64,000 nt of DNA, taken from assembly GCA_963745835.1 (NCBI GenBank), contig CAVUZH010000013.1, positions 32,001 through 96,000 on the forward strand. Reading direction: 5' to 3'. The notes beneath the pieces were generated by a model that was not told the origin of the DNA, searched no databases, and saw only the letters and a list, made by a program, of their open reading frames with translations. Every line of letters begins with the position of its first letter. Within the stretch, counting starts at the first letter, position 1. Of the stretch, positions 9,958 through 19,493 are shown one piece after another. This DNA is from an uncultured delta proteobacterium (GTDB lineage Bacteria; Desulfobacterota; Binatia; UBA9968). Made by a program: the position numbers and the translations under genes.

Positions 9958-11682
9958 TTAGAGATCTTCCCAGCCGGCTTTTTTTCTTTGTCGTTTGTCG
10001 AAGTAGCGCGCGGCCATGGTAACGAAAAAGAATCCGCACATATAAAGCGTTCCAAGCGCCGCGGTACCGGATATATCAGGAACATTCCACAAAACCCACA
10101 TGGCCGACGGTAGAATCATGTTACGCCCAGTCATCAGAAAAATCGCGAAAGTAAAATCGCGCAAAGTCGCGGAAAACGCCCAGAGCCACCCGTTTAGCAA
10201 CGCCGGAAAGAGCAGGGGCAGTGTCACCGTCCGGACGGCGCGGACGGTCGTCGCGCCGGTGACTCTCGCCGCTTCCTCGAGTTCCTTGTGTTGCTGCAAA
10301 AGAGCCGCGCTGAGAACGCGGGTAGTAAACGGCAGATGAGCAACGATATGCGCCATAATCAAAACCCAGATACTGCCGTGAATCGGCGTCATGACGTAGG
10401 TTAAAAATACTGCCAGCGCCAGCACTACGTTGGGAATCCCCATGGGTGTCATGGCGAATATCTCCACCCAGCGCATTTTGCGCTTCACCGAAAACCAACT
10501 GGCACAAAAAGCGATAAGCACCGACACTGTTGGGGCGATAACAACAAGGATCAGCGTATTGACCGCGCTCTGCCGCACTTGAGGATTCGTAAGTGTTCGA
10601 AAATAGCTCTGCAAACTGATCTGGCTCAGCGCTTCGAGAGAGGGCGGCTGATAAACTTTGACAAGGCTCGCCCACATCAAGATGAAAATCGGCAAAGCAT
10701 AAGAAACAATCACCAGCATAACGAATCCCAAGGCAATATATTTCCAGGGACCTAACTTGAGCTGGCGCGGACGAAAAGATTTGCCCGTAACCACGCTAAA
10801 CCTGTCCTGTTGGCGCGTTAGCCAAAAGTAAAGAAGCATCAGCAACAGGGCGAGCAGCAGCAAAACCACACCGAAGGCCGCGGCCAAGCCGTACATCGGT
10901 AAACCGTCTTCCGCTTTGGTGAGCAGATAGATGTGCACGCTCAGCACTCGTATGCCGCCAGGCACTCCGATGGCAAGGGCGGTCTCCATAACCTGTACCA
11001 GAACCATTCCGAAATAGATTAACGCCGACAAAATACCCGGCAGGAGCAGCGGCAGAGTGATCTTGCGCAAAACCGTAAGGCGCCGGCTGCCGGCCGTCTG
11101 CGCCGCCTCCTCGAACTCCGGATTCATCTGTCTGAACACCGGGCTGAGCATCAAAAAGGCATTGTTGCTGAGCCCGATACCGGTGACAAAGATCATCGCC
11201 GGCATCGTGTAGATGTTCAGTGGACCGCTGGGAGCTTGGAGACCGAGCCCACTGCGCAGAAGATGATTGATCCAGCCAAGGCCGGGCGACAGCAGGAGTA
11301 CCCAACCAAAAGCTTTCAACATGGTGGGAACCGCAAGCGATACCAGCATCGCGGTGTAGATTACCGAGCGAAACGGAATGTCGGTCCGCTCAACCAGAAA
11401 CGCAATCGTCGCACCCAAGCTCAGAGATAAGACAAGCGCGCCACCGCCATAGATCGCAGTATTAACCAAGACCTGAAACATTCGCGGACTTGAGAAAATC
11501 GCCCCGAAGTTGTCCAGCGAAACGCCAGGATCCAGAGGGAGCGCCGTTGGCGGTCGAAGGCTTGTAATGAATAAAATAACCAGTGGCGCACCAAGCAGCA
11601 CCAGCACGATAGCCGCTATCACTGCCGTGAGCAGACGCCCCTGCGTTCTTGAAGTTCCTCTGCTTTGCACAAACGCGTTCAT
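9958..11682 (-). CDS. ABC transporter permease (FbpB-like, duplicated TMD)
   Basis: Two EAA motifs (EFEEAAQTAG, ELEEAARVTGA), about 12 TM segments. Confidence 0.92.
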   Translation of the reverse strand: MNAFVQSRGTSRTQGRLLTAVIAAIVLVLLGAPLVILFITSLRPPTALPLDPGVSLDNFGAIFSSPRMFQVLVNTAIYGGGALVLSLSLGATIAFLVERTDIPFRSVIYTAMLVSLAVPTMLKAFGWVLLLSPGLGWINHLLRSGLGLQAPSGPLNIYTMPAMIFVTGIGLSNNAFLMLSPVFRQMNPEFEEAAQTAGSRRLTVLRKITLPLLLPGILSALIYFGMVLVQVMETALAIGVPGGIRVLSVHIYLLTKAEDGLPMYGLAAAFGVVLLLLALLLMLLYFWLTRQQDRFSVVTGKSFRPRQLKLGPWKYIALGFVMLVIVSYALPIFILMWASLVKVYQPPSLEALSQISLQSYFRTLTNPQVRQSAVNTLILVVIAPTVSVLIAFCASWFSVKRKMRWVEIFAMTPMGIPNVVLALAVFLTYVMTPIHGSIWVLIMAHIVAHLPFTTRVLSAALLQQHKELEEAARVTGATTVRAVRTVTLPLLFPALLNGWLWAFSATLRDFTFAIFLMTGRNMILPSAMWVLWNVPDISGTAALGTLYMCGFFFVTMAARYFDKRQRKKAGWEDL

Positions 11683-11841
11683 GTATTTGTTCTAATCACC
11701 TCAGGCGATATCAGTCTTTATCGCTTTTGAAAATAGTTACGGAGAATCGTGACTAAAACTGGCTGAAGTCCCTAGCAAGGAAGTAGGGACGATGGAGGTC
11801 CGAGATTGAGAGTTCGACGTTAAGCGCCGAGCTCCGTCAGC

Positions 11842-11935
11842 CGTTGACGATCGCAGCCGCTCAAACGTTCAATAGTTTCAACGTTCAACGACAGCGGGCA
11901 CACTTCGAGATTGGAGAAATCCCGAAAGCTCGAGA
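11842..11935 (+). repeat. Degenerate copy of GTTCAA repeat element with terminal hairpin motif
   Basis: ctcaaacgttcaatagtttcaacgttcaac followed by acttcgagattggagaaatcccgaaagctcgag. Confidence 0.5.
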
Positions 11936-11989
11936 CGAAGGCTGGCACCTAGCTCTGTGATTTACGCTTCGCTAGCCTGCAGGCACCGG

Positions 11990-13057
11990 CTATGAGCCTG
12001 CGATTTTTCTGAAATTTTCTACCAGCTCGTTGTATTTTCGACCCCATTCCAGCTGCGGCACGATGTGGAGTTGTCCTGGCGATTCTTGCAGCCAGCGGAC
12101 GTCCTTGTGTACCGTCCAATAGCCTAACTTCTGCGCCAGAATCTCCTGCGCTTCTTTGGAGAGATAAAAATCGGTCAGCAGAGCTGCCGCATGGGGATGT
12201 GGAGCCTTAGAGGCGATACCCAGCGCGGACGGCGGCTTGACGATCGTTGGATTCGTGAAAGCCAGTTCGACGGGTGCTTTCGCGGCTTTAAGTTGAACGG
12301 CATTTTGGACATAACCATCGACAAACAGATCATGCTCGCCGGCAGCCACCAGCTGGCTGATCAGCGTATGACCCCGCTTGAAAGCAAGAGCCTGCTCCTC
12401 CACAAGCCTTTTGAGAAGCTCGGCGGCTTTGCTCTCACCCATGACCCCGATCATTCCGGCAAAGATGTCGTACTCTTCCCGATCCATCACCAATCTTCCC
12501 TTCCATCTAGGATGTACGAGATCCTGGAAAGAGCGTGGAACTTCAGCGGCCTTGACGTTGTGAGTGTTGTAGATGAACGCGTAACCGGTTGAGTAAAGAC
12601 TGGAGACGTATCCTTCTTTATCGGCGAAACCCGAGCGCATAACGCTCGCCATGGGACTGGTGTATTTCGCGACGACCTTTTTATCGATCAACTCCGGAAA
12701 CAAGGTTCCCCGGATCGAAATCAGATCGGCGTTGTTCAAACCGGCTTGATACTCGGTGCTCAAACGGCTTACCAGCGACGGGGCTCCGAGCCTGGTGTAG
12801 CGGACCTCGATAAATGGATAGTGTTTATTGAATGCTCTGATGACATCTTGCGAATTGCTTACCGGAGCCGAGCCATAAAAGGACAGGAGACGTTCTTTTC
12901 GCGCTCCGTCAGTCAATATCCTGAGCCGTTCTTCGGCGGGTTTGCGGTTAAGTTCCGCCAATAGCGCCTCGACGTCACCATGGGCTCGAAACGGAATCGA
13001 TAGGACCGCCAAAATGAAAAAGGCTAGGGAATTGATCCTGGATGATTTAATGGTCAT
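11990..13057 (-). CDS. ABC transporter extracellular solute-binding protein
   Basis: GARKERLLSFYGS, FIYNT..VPRSFQDLVHPRWKG, APHPHAAALL; AGGAG before ATG 13057. Confidence 0.88.
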   Translation of the reverse strand: MTIKSSRINSLAFFILAVLSIPFRAHGDVEALLAELNRKPAEERLRILTDGARKERLLSFYGSAPVSNSQDVIRAFNKHYPFIEVRYTRLGAPSLVSRLSTEYQAGLNNADLISIRGTLFPELIDKKVVAKYTSPMASVMRSGFADKEGYVSSLYSTGYAFIYNTHNVKAAEVPRSFQDLVHPRWKGRLVMDREEYDIFAGMIGVMGESKAAELLKRLVEEQALAFKRGHTLISQLVAAGEHDLFVDGYVQNAVQLKAAKAPVELAFTNPTIVKPPSALGIASKAPHPHAAALLTDFYLSKEAQEILAQKLGYWTVHKDVRWLQESPGQLHIVPQLEWGRKYNELVENFRKIAGS

Positions 13058-13079
13058 GGCCTCGCTCCTTCCGACCAGA

Positions 13080-13718
13080 TCACCGAATTGCTTCATCGAT
13101 CATGCCTAATACCTGATCCGTGGTCCTGACCCGCGACATACGGGGGAAGATGAAATCCATGAGCGTGTCATGTGCTAGTTGGTTGTGGTTGGTCGCGCAC
13201 GCGTCACGAACGACGATCATATTGTAATCCATGTCTCTGCCGGCAAAAACTGTCGCTGCCACGCCCACGTCTGTCGAGCCGCCGGAAATGATCAGAGTAT
13301 CTATCTTCCTCGCGCGCAGAGCCAGATCGAGATACGTCTGGTAGAAGGCGCTCCAACGGTGTTTGGGAATATGATAGTCGCTCTGGTTAGGTTCAAGCTC
13401 CGGAATGACCTCCGAGCCGCTCCTCCCCTCTATCGCAGCCGGCAGGACCATGGTGACAATTCCCTCGGGCCACGGTTTCAAGGGGATGTTGGTGTCGGTT
13501 TTGAGCAGAACCGTCGTGCCTTCGTCTTCACGATGACTGCCCTTTGCAAAGAAAATCGGCATACCTACTTTCCGAGCTGTTTTCATCAAACGCACGGCGT
13601 TGTCTACCATGGGCTTTTTCTTCTGCTTAGCCGCGTCGCTCGCCTCGTGATAGTAGCCGTTCAAGACATCAAAAAAGATCAGACCGGTTTTTTCTATTTC
13701 GATCGTATGCAAGTCCAT
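13080..13718 (-). CDS. Isochorismatase/cysteine hydrolase family protein lacking the canonical Cys nucleophile
   Basis: LIFFDVLN, IPKHRWSAF, GGSTDVGV (usually GxxTxxCV), VRDACA. Confidence 0.85.
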   Translation of the reverse strand: MDLHTIEIEKTGLIFFDVLNGYYHEASDAAKQKKKPMVDNAVRLMKTARKVGMPIFFAKGSHREDEGTTVLLKTDTNIPLKPWPEGIVTMVLPAAIEGRSGSEVIPELEPNQSDYHIPKHRWSAFYQTYLDLALRARKIDTLIISGGSTDVGVAATVFAGRDMDYNMIVVRDACATNHNQLAHDTLMDFIFPRMSRVRTTDQVLGMIDEAIR

Positions 13719-13766
13719 CGGCGACCTCCAATCTATGCTCCACTGCGCTACAATAAACCAAAGCCC

Positions 13767-13798
13767 CGTTCAAACGTTCAACAGTTCAAGCGTTCAAC
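13767..13798 (+). repeat. Short GTTCAA tandem array
   Basis: cgttcaaa cgttcaac agttcaag cgttcaac. Confidence 0.6.
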
Positions 13799-13858
13799 GA
13801 AAGAGGGAAGGTTGGTTTCGAGATATGCCCAAACGCACATCATCATCACAGCAATTTC

Positions 13859-14407
13859 CTACGGGGGGAGAACCGGCCGGCCCGGCGGCGTTTCAACCTC
13901 GAAGGCGTTGAGCGAGCATGCAAGCCCCACATAGGCGCCGAGGATGCCGGTCAACTCGACCAATCGATGAACACCGATGCGCTCTCTTAGCGCATCGCAC
14001 GTCGCAGGCGTTATCCGGTGCGGCGGCCGGAGAAGCTCCTGGACATAACCTACCACCTCCGCCTCGCGTTCAGTGAGTCCGGCCGGCGCCTTGCGATTCT
14101 GAATGATCTTGATGCATTCTTGCCGAACTCCCGCTTTGAGCGCCTCATCCGCATGCGCAGCCCACTCGAAGGCGCAGTCCATCTCTCGCGCCACGGTACA
14201 GATCGCCAGCTCCTTTACATCCTGGGGAAAATCCGTGCTGAAAAGCGCATACGCGATCAGGTGCGCGGTCCGCGCCGCCAGGTCGGGAGCATGAAGGAGG
14301 TAATTATAGGGAGCGCCGATTGCCTTTCGGCTGGCGATAATCGAATCGTAGAATTCCCGCTGGTGTTCCGGAAGTTCATTTCGATTGGTGATCTCGGGTA
14401 CTCTCAC
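13859..14407 (-). CDS. Carboxymuconolactone decarboxylase (CMD/AhpD-like) family protein
   Basis: LLHAPDLA, KELAICTVARE..FEWAAH..A..AGV, LVELTGILGAY; GGAGGAGG before GTG 14407. Confidence 0.8.
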   Translation of the reverse strand: MRVPEITNRNELPEHQREFYDSIIASRKAIGAPYNYLLHAPDLAARTAHLIAYALFSTDFPQDVKELAICTVAREMDCAFEWAAHADEALKAGVRQECIKIIQNRKAPAGLTEREAEVVGYVQELLRPPHRITPATCDALRERIGVHRLVELTGILGAYVGLACSLNAFEVETPPGRPVLPP

Positions 14408-14551
14408 GATTGCCTCCTCCAATGACGCCAGGTCGGATAAACATCGGCCTTCTTTTTCTTGGCGCCTTTGCACCGACATTCGGCACTGCTTGTCCTTCGC
14501 GGCTCCTTCGAAAATTTCGGCTAAGGTGAAGAGATGCGACTACCCAAGATC

Positions 14552-14627
14552 GTTACCCCCGAATGTTTTAATCGGGGGTCCAGTCTGAATTCCGCCTGGA
14601 TTCCCGCTGGAAGCATGCGGGAATGAC
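14552..14627. repeat. REP-like inverted doublet
   Basis: GTTA-CCCCCGA-loop-TCGGGGG-TCCAG spacer CTGGA-TTCCCGC-loop-GCGGGAA-TGAC. Confidence 0.65.
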
Positions 14628-14727
14628 AGACTCGTTAGAGAATTAGGGCCTGAAGGACGTACTCTATTTTGATTCTGTGTGCGCGGGTGTAAACTCATGA
14701 AACACTTCGTGGTGAGTCCCGCATTTC

Positions 14728-15933
14728 CTAAATCAGCAACTGCATCGCCGTCGCGGCGTAAATCTTTGCCGCATCGCGAACGTCTTTTAGAGGGACGGCC
14801 TCTTGATCCGTGTGCGCAAAGCGCAAATCGCCGGGACCGAACATAATCGTCTCGATGCCGTTGCGATTGAGAAATCCGGCGTCCAGAGCGGCGGGCGAAT
14901 AAAACAATTCGGATTCCTTCTTGGTCAACTCGCGACTGGCCCTATCGATTGCCGCCACGATGGCGGCGTCTCCGGCAACCTCGGCGGGATACATGAAAGC
15001 GCCGCGCCTGACCGCGACGGAATAGCCGTGCAAGTCCCGGAGCGCTTCTTGAATTTCTCGAAACGCCGCATCAGGATCCTCACCGGGTAACAGCCTGCGA
15101 TCGAGCACGGCGCGGCAAACATCCGGGATCGTATGGCTTATGTCCGGTCCGCTGGTGACTTGTGTCACCGTCAAGGTGGCGTTGCCGAGACCGCGATGGC
15201 CGGCCTTGAGCGGCAGTCGATCCAACCGTTCCATCACCCGGCGAAATCCGTCTACGGCGTTGATACCTTCTTCGGGCATGCTGCTGTGGGCCGACTTACC
15301 CCGTACGATGATTTCGACATCGATCCGGCCCTTGTTGCCGAGGCAGATTCGATTGCTCGTTCCCAGACCGATGATGGCAGAGTGTGCGCTGATGGAATCA
15401 TTTTTTAAAATAAATTTTGCCGCGTCGTGACGGCCGGTCTCGCCCGCCAAGCTCACCGCGATAATTAGCGGCGCGCGCAAGTTTAATTGTGACCGCGCTA
15501 CAAGCGCCGCAGCGTAGATCATTGCCGCCAGCGCTCCCTTTTGTTCGCATGCGCCTCGTCCGAGAGCGCACTTCGCCGCCGCACCGAACGCCTCACCGTC
15601 TACGAACGCGCCGGAGAACGGTTGTTTCATCGAAGCGGCCGGAAAGGTCATGGCGTAGCCCATCAGCAGCAATCCCTTGCTGGTTTCATCGCTCGCGCCG
15701 CCCAGGCGCCAGACCAAGTTGCCCATGGCATCGATTGCGCCGGCGCTTCCGGTCAACTCCGCCAAACGCGGCGCGACCATTTCTGCGATAAACTTTTTTA
15801 CTTGAGGGTCGTCTTCGAGCCGCTCGGTCTGCGGAGAGGGATAACGCAGCAGATCGACAAGCAGCTGGTCGATCTCTTTGTCACTGGCAACTTGATCGAC
15901 GGCAGTGAATGCTTGCGCGGAAGTCATCGTCAT
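14728..15933 (-). CDS. M20 (ArgE/DapE-like) family protein with substituted metal ligands
   Basis: DAMGNLV, GRGACEQKGALA, GKSAHSSMPEEGINA, DRRLLPGE, FGPGDLRFAHTDQE. Confidence 0.85.
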   Translation of the reverse strand: MTMTSAQAFTAVDQVASDKEIDQLLVDLLRYPSPQTERLEDDPQVKKFIAEMVAPRLAELTGSAGAIDAMGNLVWRLGGASDETSKGLLLMGYAMTFPAASMKQPFSGAFVDGEAFGAAAKCALGRGACEQKGALAAMIYAAALVARSQLNLRAPLIIAVSLAGETGRHDAAKFILKNDSISAHSAIIGLGTSNRICLGNKGRIDVEIIVRGKSAHSSMPEEGINAVDGFRRVMERLDRLPLKAGHRGLGNATLTVTQVTSGPDISHTIPDVCRAVLDRRLLPGEDPDAAFREIQEALRDLHGYSVAVRRGAFMYPAEVAGDAAIVAAIDRASRELTKKESELFYSPAALDAGFLNRNGIETIMFGPGDLRFAHTDQEAVPLKDVRDAAKIYAATAMQLLI

Positions 15934-15952
15934 CGGCGCCTGCGATGCGCGA

Positions 15953-17125
15953 TCACCAGGCTTGCTCCAACACTTCGAGCACTTGCTCCGTGGCGGTCAC
16001 CGGCTTGGGATTGGTGTGAATGCTGTAATCATCCAGAGCATCGCCGGCGAGCTGTCTGAGACCCTCGCGCGGCACGCCCAGCTCACGCAGCCTGAGCGGC
16101 AGACCCATCCTTCGGTTCATGGTAAAAACATGCTCAGGAACGGCGGTGGCCAGAGCGTTTTCATCTACGCCTTCGATGCCGATCTCTCGGGCCATACGCG
16201 CGTGCGCCTCTACCGTACCATCGAGATTCCAGCGCATGGCGTAGGGCAGCATTAGAGCATGGATCTCGGCGTGGGGCGCTTTATAGCGACCGCCGATCAC
16301 GTGAACAATCGCATGATGAATACCGGTCCAAGCGCTGTAAACCCCCATGCCGGAAAGACAGGCTGCCACCTGAAGGTGACTCAACGCTTCGAGGTCCCGG
16401 GAATTTTCCACGGCGCGCGGCAGGTAACGCGCGATTAGCCCGATACCCCTGAGACAGTAAGCGTCGGTAAGCGGCTGCGTTTCGGTTGAGTACACCGCTT
16501 CGACGCAATGGGCCAATGCGTTCATTCCCGAGGCTGCGAGCAATCTTGCCGGCGCGGTCGCCGCCGCTTCGGGATCGAGAATTACCACGCGCGGGGCAAG
16601 TTTAGGGTCGGCGACGATATACTTTTTGCCGCCTTCGCTGATACCCGCCGAGTAACTGTACTCTCCGCCGGACAGTGTCGTGGGGATCGCGATATGCGGC
16701 AGCTTCGGCGCCGGCATGGGCGGGACTTCTTTCTTGTTAGGCGGCGTAAAGCGCACGCCCAAGCGCGGCAAAGAGCCGCCTTCGGCCAGTAAAGCCGCGA
16801 CCCCCTTGGCGCTATCGATGGCGCTTCCGCCACCCGCACTGACCAGCACATCGATGGCTGCCTGGCGCGCGCTCTCGACCGCTTTGGCAATCGACTCTGT
16901 CGGCGAATGCGGTTTGACCTGATCGAAAACCGCGACGCATTTCGCTCCGAGTCCGGACTTGATGCGATCGAGCAAGAACGTTTTGGCGACTGACGGCGAG
17001 ATCACGAGCATTGCGCGTGTTCCGCCAAGCCCGTCGATCTCACCGGATAATTTTTCAATCGATCCCGGCCCGGAAACGATGCGCTCGACCCGCGGATTGT
17101 TAAAAATAAAAGTTGAAGCCGCCAT
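15953..17125 (-). CDS. Iron-containing alcohol dehydrogenase family, maleylacetate reductase-like
   Basis: GGGSAIDSAK, IPTTLSGGE, GMNALAHCVEAVY (N rather than D, as in maleylacetate reductases), HHAIVH..PHAEIH. Confidence 0.82.
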   Translation of the reverse strand: MAASTFIFNNPRVERIVSGPGSIEKLSGEIDGLGGTRAMLVISPSVAKTFLLDRIKSGLGAKCVAVFDQVKPHSPTESIAKAVESARQAAIDVLVSAGGGSAIDSAKGVAALLAEGGSLPRLGVRFTPPNKKEVPPMPAPKLPHIAIPTTLSGGEYSYSAGISEGGKKYIVADPKLAPRVVILDPEAAATAPARLLAASGMNALAHCVEAVYSTETQPLTDAYCLRGIGLIARYLPRAVENSRDLEALSHLQVAACLSGMGVYSAWTGIHHAIVHVIGGRYKAPHAEIHALMLPYAMRWNLDGTVEAHARMAREIGIEGVDENALATAVPEHVFTMNRRMGLPLRLRELGVPREGLRQLAGDALDDYSIHTNPKPVTATEQVLEVLEQAW

Positions 17126-17134
17126 TTTGCCCGC

Positions 17135-18193
17135 CTATTTCAGAATTTCTTTAAGCCGCGCGACCAGAGGGGGATCAAGACGAAGAAGCTCTTTGACGTT
17201 GCGCTCGAGATCTTCGCCCGATCCCGGATTGATTTCCAAATTGGCTTTGGCTGCCTCCTTGAGCAATTCCGGATCTTTGACAGTCTCCATAAAAGCGCTG
17301 CGCAGGATCTCCACTCGATCCTTAGGCGTCCCTGGCGGCAACACGTAAGGACGCACCGCGGCGCCATGAGCTTGGGCCACTGCCTGCATCAGTTTTCGCG
17401 CCTCGTCTGTCTTGGCGATGTTCATGGCCAAAGGCACCTTAGGAAGATCCGGATGAGGCTTGGCACTAACCTGAAGCACAATTATCACCTCGGAGTTATC
17501 GAGCTCTTTCCTCCACGTCGAGCGAAACGACTGCCACGAATTGCTCAGGCCGCCGACCTCGTCGCTGTTGAATGCCAAGCGAATCGGCGCGGTCCCTTTA
17601 TAACCCGAAACCACCTGGATCGGCAGGCCGAGAGCGACTTCGGCAACCTTGGGAATATCATAGGTGCCGTCACCCGCCGCTATCGCGCCGAACTTGACCG
17701 CTGTCTTCGATGCCAACCATTGCTCGATGTCGGTGATGCCCGTGGTCTTGGCTACTCCAAAGACAAAATTGTCCTGAGCAGGCACCCCGACGTATTCGAA
17801 TTTGAGCGCATCGAATTCAATGCCGGGCTTGCCGAGGAGCTGTTGAAGAAATTGTCCGCCAACGAAATGGCCGATGGTGAGACCGTCGGGTTTGGCCACC
17901 TTGAAGAGATGATTCGCCGAAACCAATCCGCCCGCTCCCGGCATGTTGTCAACGATGATGGCAGGTTTGCCGGGAATATGATTGCTGAAATGGCGGGCGA
18001 TAAGGCGTGTGTAGGTATCGTACCCGCCACCTGGCGAGGTTCCAACGATAATCCGAATTGTTTTCCCTTCATAGAACGGCGCCGCGCCATGAGCGCGCTG
18101 GTCATTGACACCCACCGCAATCAACAGAACAGCGCAAGCGGTCGTTAAACCCCGCAACCTCACCGGCAAACGTCTCAAAATTCTGACTGGCAT
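17135..18193 (-). CDS. Tripartite tricarboxylate transporter substrate-binding protein (TctC/Bug)
   Basis: FYEGKTIRIIVGTSPGGGYDTYTRL, NMPGAGG, KPDGLT, GYKG, PPGTPKDRV. Confidence 0.92.
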   Translation of the reverse strand: MPVRILRRLPVRLRGLTTACAVLLIAVGVNDQRAHGAAPFYEGKTIRIIVGTSPGGGYDTYTRLIARHFSNHIPGKPAIIVDNMPGAGGLVSANHLFKVAKPDGLTIGHFVGGQFLQQLLGKPGIEFDALKFEYVGVPAQDNFVFGVAKTTGITDIEQWLASKTAVKFGAIAAGDGTYDIPKVAEVALGLPIQVVSGYKGTAPIRLAFNSDEVGGLSNSWQSFRSTWRKELDNSEVIIVLQVSAKPHPDLPKVPLAMNIAKTDEARKLMQAVAQAHGAAVRPYVLPPGTPKDRVEILRSAFMETVKDPELLKEAAKANLEINPGSGEDLERNVKELLRLDPPLVARLKEILK

Positions 18194-18494
18194 TTTTTCA
18201 TTGCTCCTTTCGCAATGTTTTCCTCGACGAGTATAACGAGCTGCTGCGACATCGCCGTGATGACAAACAACCGGATTGCCGAGCTACCGACAACGACCCA
18301 ACTCTCGGTAGCACTTGTCGTACATTCCGCCGTCTACGACGAGCCGCTCGTGCTGTCAAGGGATACCTTCACGTCTCAGAAGCAATCTCTGTTAGGCGTG
18401 AACTAAAGGAGCTACCCTGAATGGTGATCTCTTGCTAGGGCGATAGCTGATTTGGTAACAATCTCGAAACGATTCTCGCGGGGAGTGACGAAGC

Positions 18495-19232
18495 ATGAAA
18501 CTCGCTGAACTTCACTGGCCGGAAGTTAAAAAGCTCGACAGAGAAAAAATAGTCGCCGTGATTCCGGTGGGGTCCATGGAGCAACATGGCCCGCACCTGC
18601 CCTTTCAGGTCGATGTTTTTTGCGCGTCGCGCCTGGCCGAGGATCTCGAGCAGAAAATCCCGGACGTCCTGCTGGTGCCGTCTCTTTGGGCCGGCGTTTC
18701 GGCGCACCATATGGATTTTCCGGGCTCCATCACTTTGCGCGCCAGAGTCTTCATCGACCTTTTACATGACATCTGCGGATCGCTACATCATCATGGCTTC
18801 CGCAGGATCGTGCTGTTAAACGGCCACGGCGGCAATCGCTCTAGCTTGGAAGTGCTGGGACAAGAACTCTTCGTCGAGTTCGGCTTGACCGTCAACACAT
18901 TGGCTTATTGGGATTTGGTGCCGGATCTCGTCAAGTCGCTCAAGAAAACCAAATCGAGCGGCATGGGTCATTCGGGCGAGCTCGAAACATCGCTGATGCT
19001 TTACCTCGCGCCCGAGTTGGTCAATCGGCAAGATATCCCGCAGGGAGTTCTCGGTATCGAACCGTCCGGCCCAACGAGCGGGATCAAACGTTACGTCAAT
19101 ATGAAGGAGCATTCGGCGCACGGTGTGATCGGCATGCCCTCGGCGGCCAGTCCGGAGACCGGCAAAGCGCTCTACGATGGCGCGCTCAACGCGCTAGAAA
19201 AAGCGGTTCGCGCCCTCCAGGCAGACCATTGA
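18495..19232 (+). CDS. Creatininase (creatinine amidohydrolase) family protein
   Basis: GSMEQHGPHLP..D, HHMDFPG, NGHGGN, HSGELETS. Confidence 0.9.
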   Translation: MKLAELHWPEVKKLDREKIVAVIPVGSMEQHGPHLPFQVDVFCASRLAEDLEQKIPDVLLVPSLWAGVSAHHMDFPGSITLRARVFIDLLHDICGSLHHHGFRRIVLLNGHGGNRSSLEVLGQELFVEFGLTVNTLAYWDLVPDLVKSLKKTKSSGMGHSGELETSLMLYLAPELVNRQDIPQGVLGIEPSGPTSGIKRYVNMKEHSAHGVIGMPSAASPETGKALYDGALNALEKAVRALQADH

Positions 19233-19254
19233 TTTGAGCGCATCGCCGTTTCAT

Positions 19255-19410
19255 TTCTTGAAAACTTTGCGTATTTTTCACCGAGCTGCTTGTAATCGCT
19301 TTCGCTGCGCTGGATCTCTTCGACAAATTTGATTTTATCGGCGTCTTTCAACGGTGGATGGACTCCCCGTAAATTGACGAACTCGCAATCCTTGGCGAGC
19401 GCTTCCATGC
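19255..19410 (-). pseudogene. C-terminal remnant of an ABC solute-binding protein
   Basis: MEALAKDCEFVNLRGVHPPLKDADKIKFVE..EKYAKF aligns with MRMLAKQGEFVNRKGIYPSLADADKIQAVE..EYQKIF of 2479-3483. Confidence 0.6.
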
Positions 19411-19493
19411 TCTCTCGGCTGTACCGATGGTCGATTCGTAATTCGGCCGACGCGATCTTTGGCCGAAATAGCGCCCTGTTTTTTGCCGGTGTG

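Noticed and set aside
17366-18148. Long antisense ORFs (also 13179-13934, 19716-20555, 34794-35582, 54605-55390)
   Set aside because: Shadow frames opposite well-supported genes in GC-rich DNA
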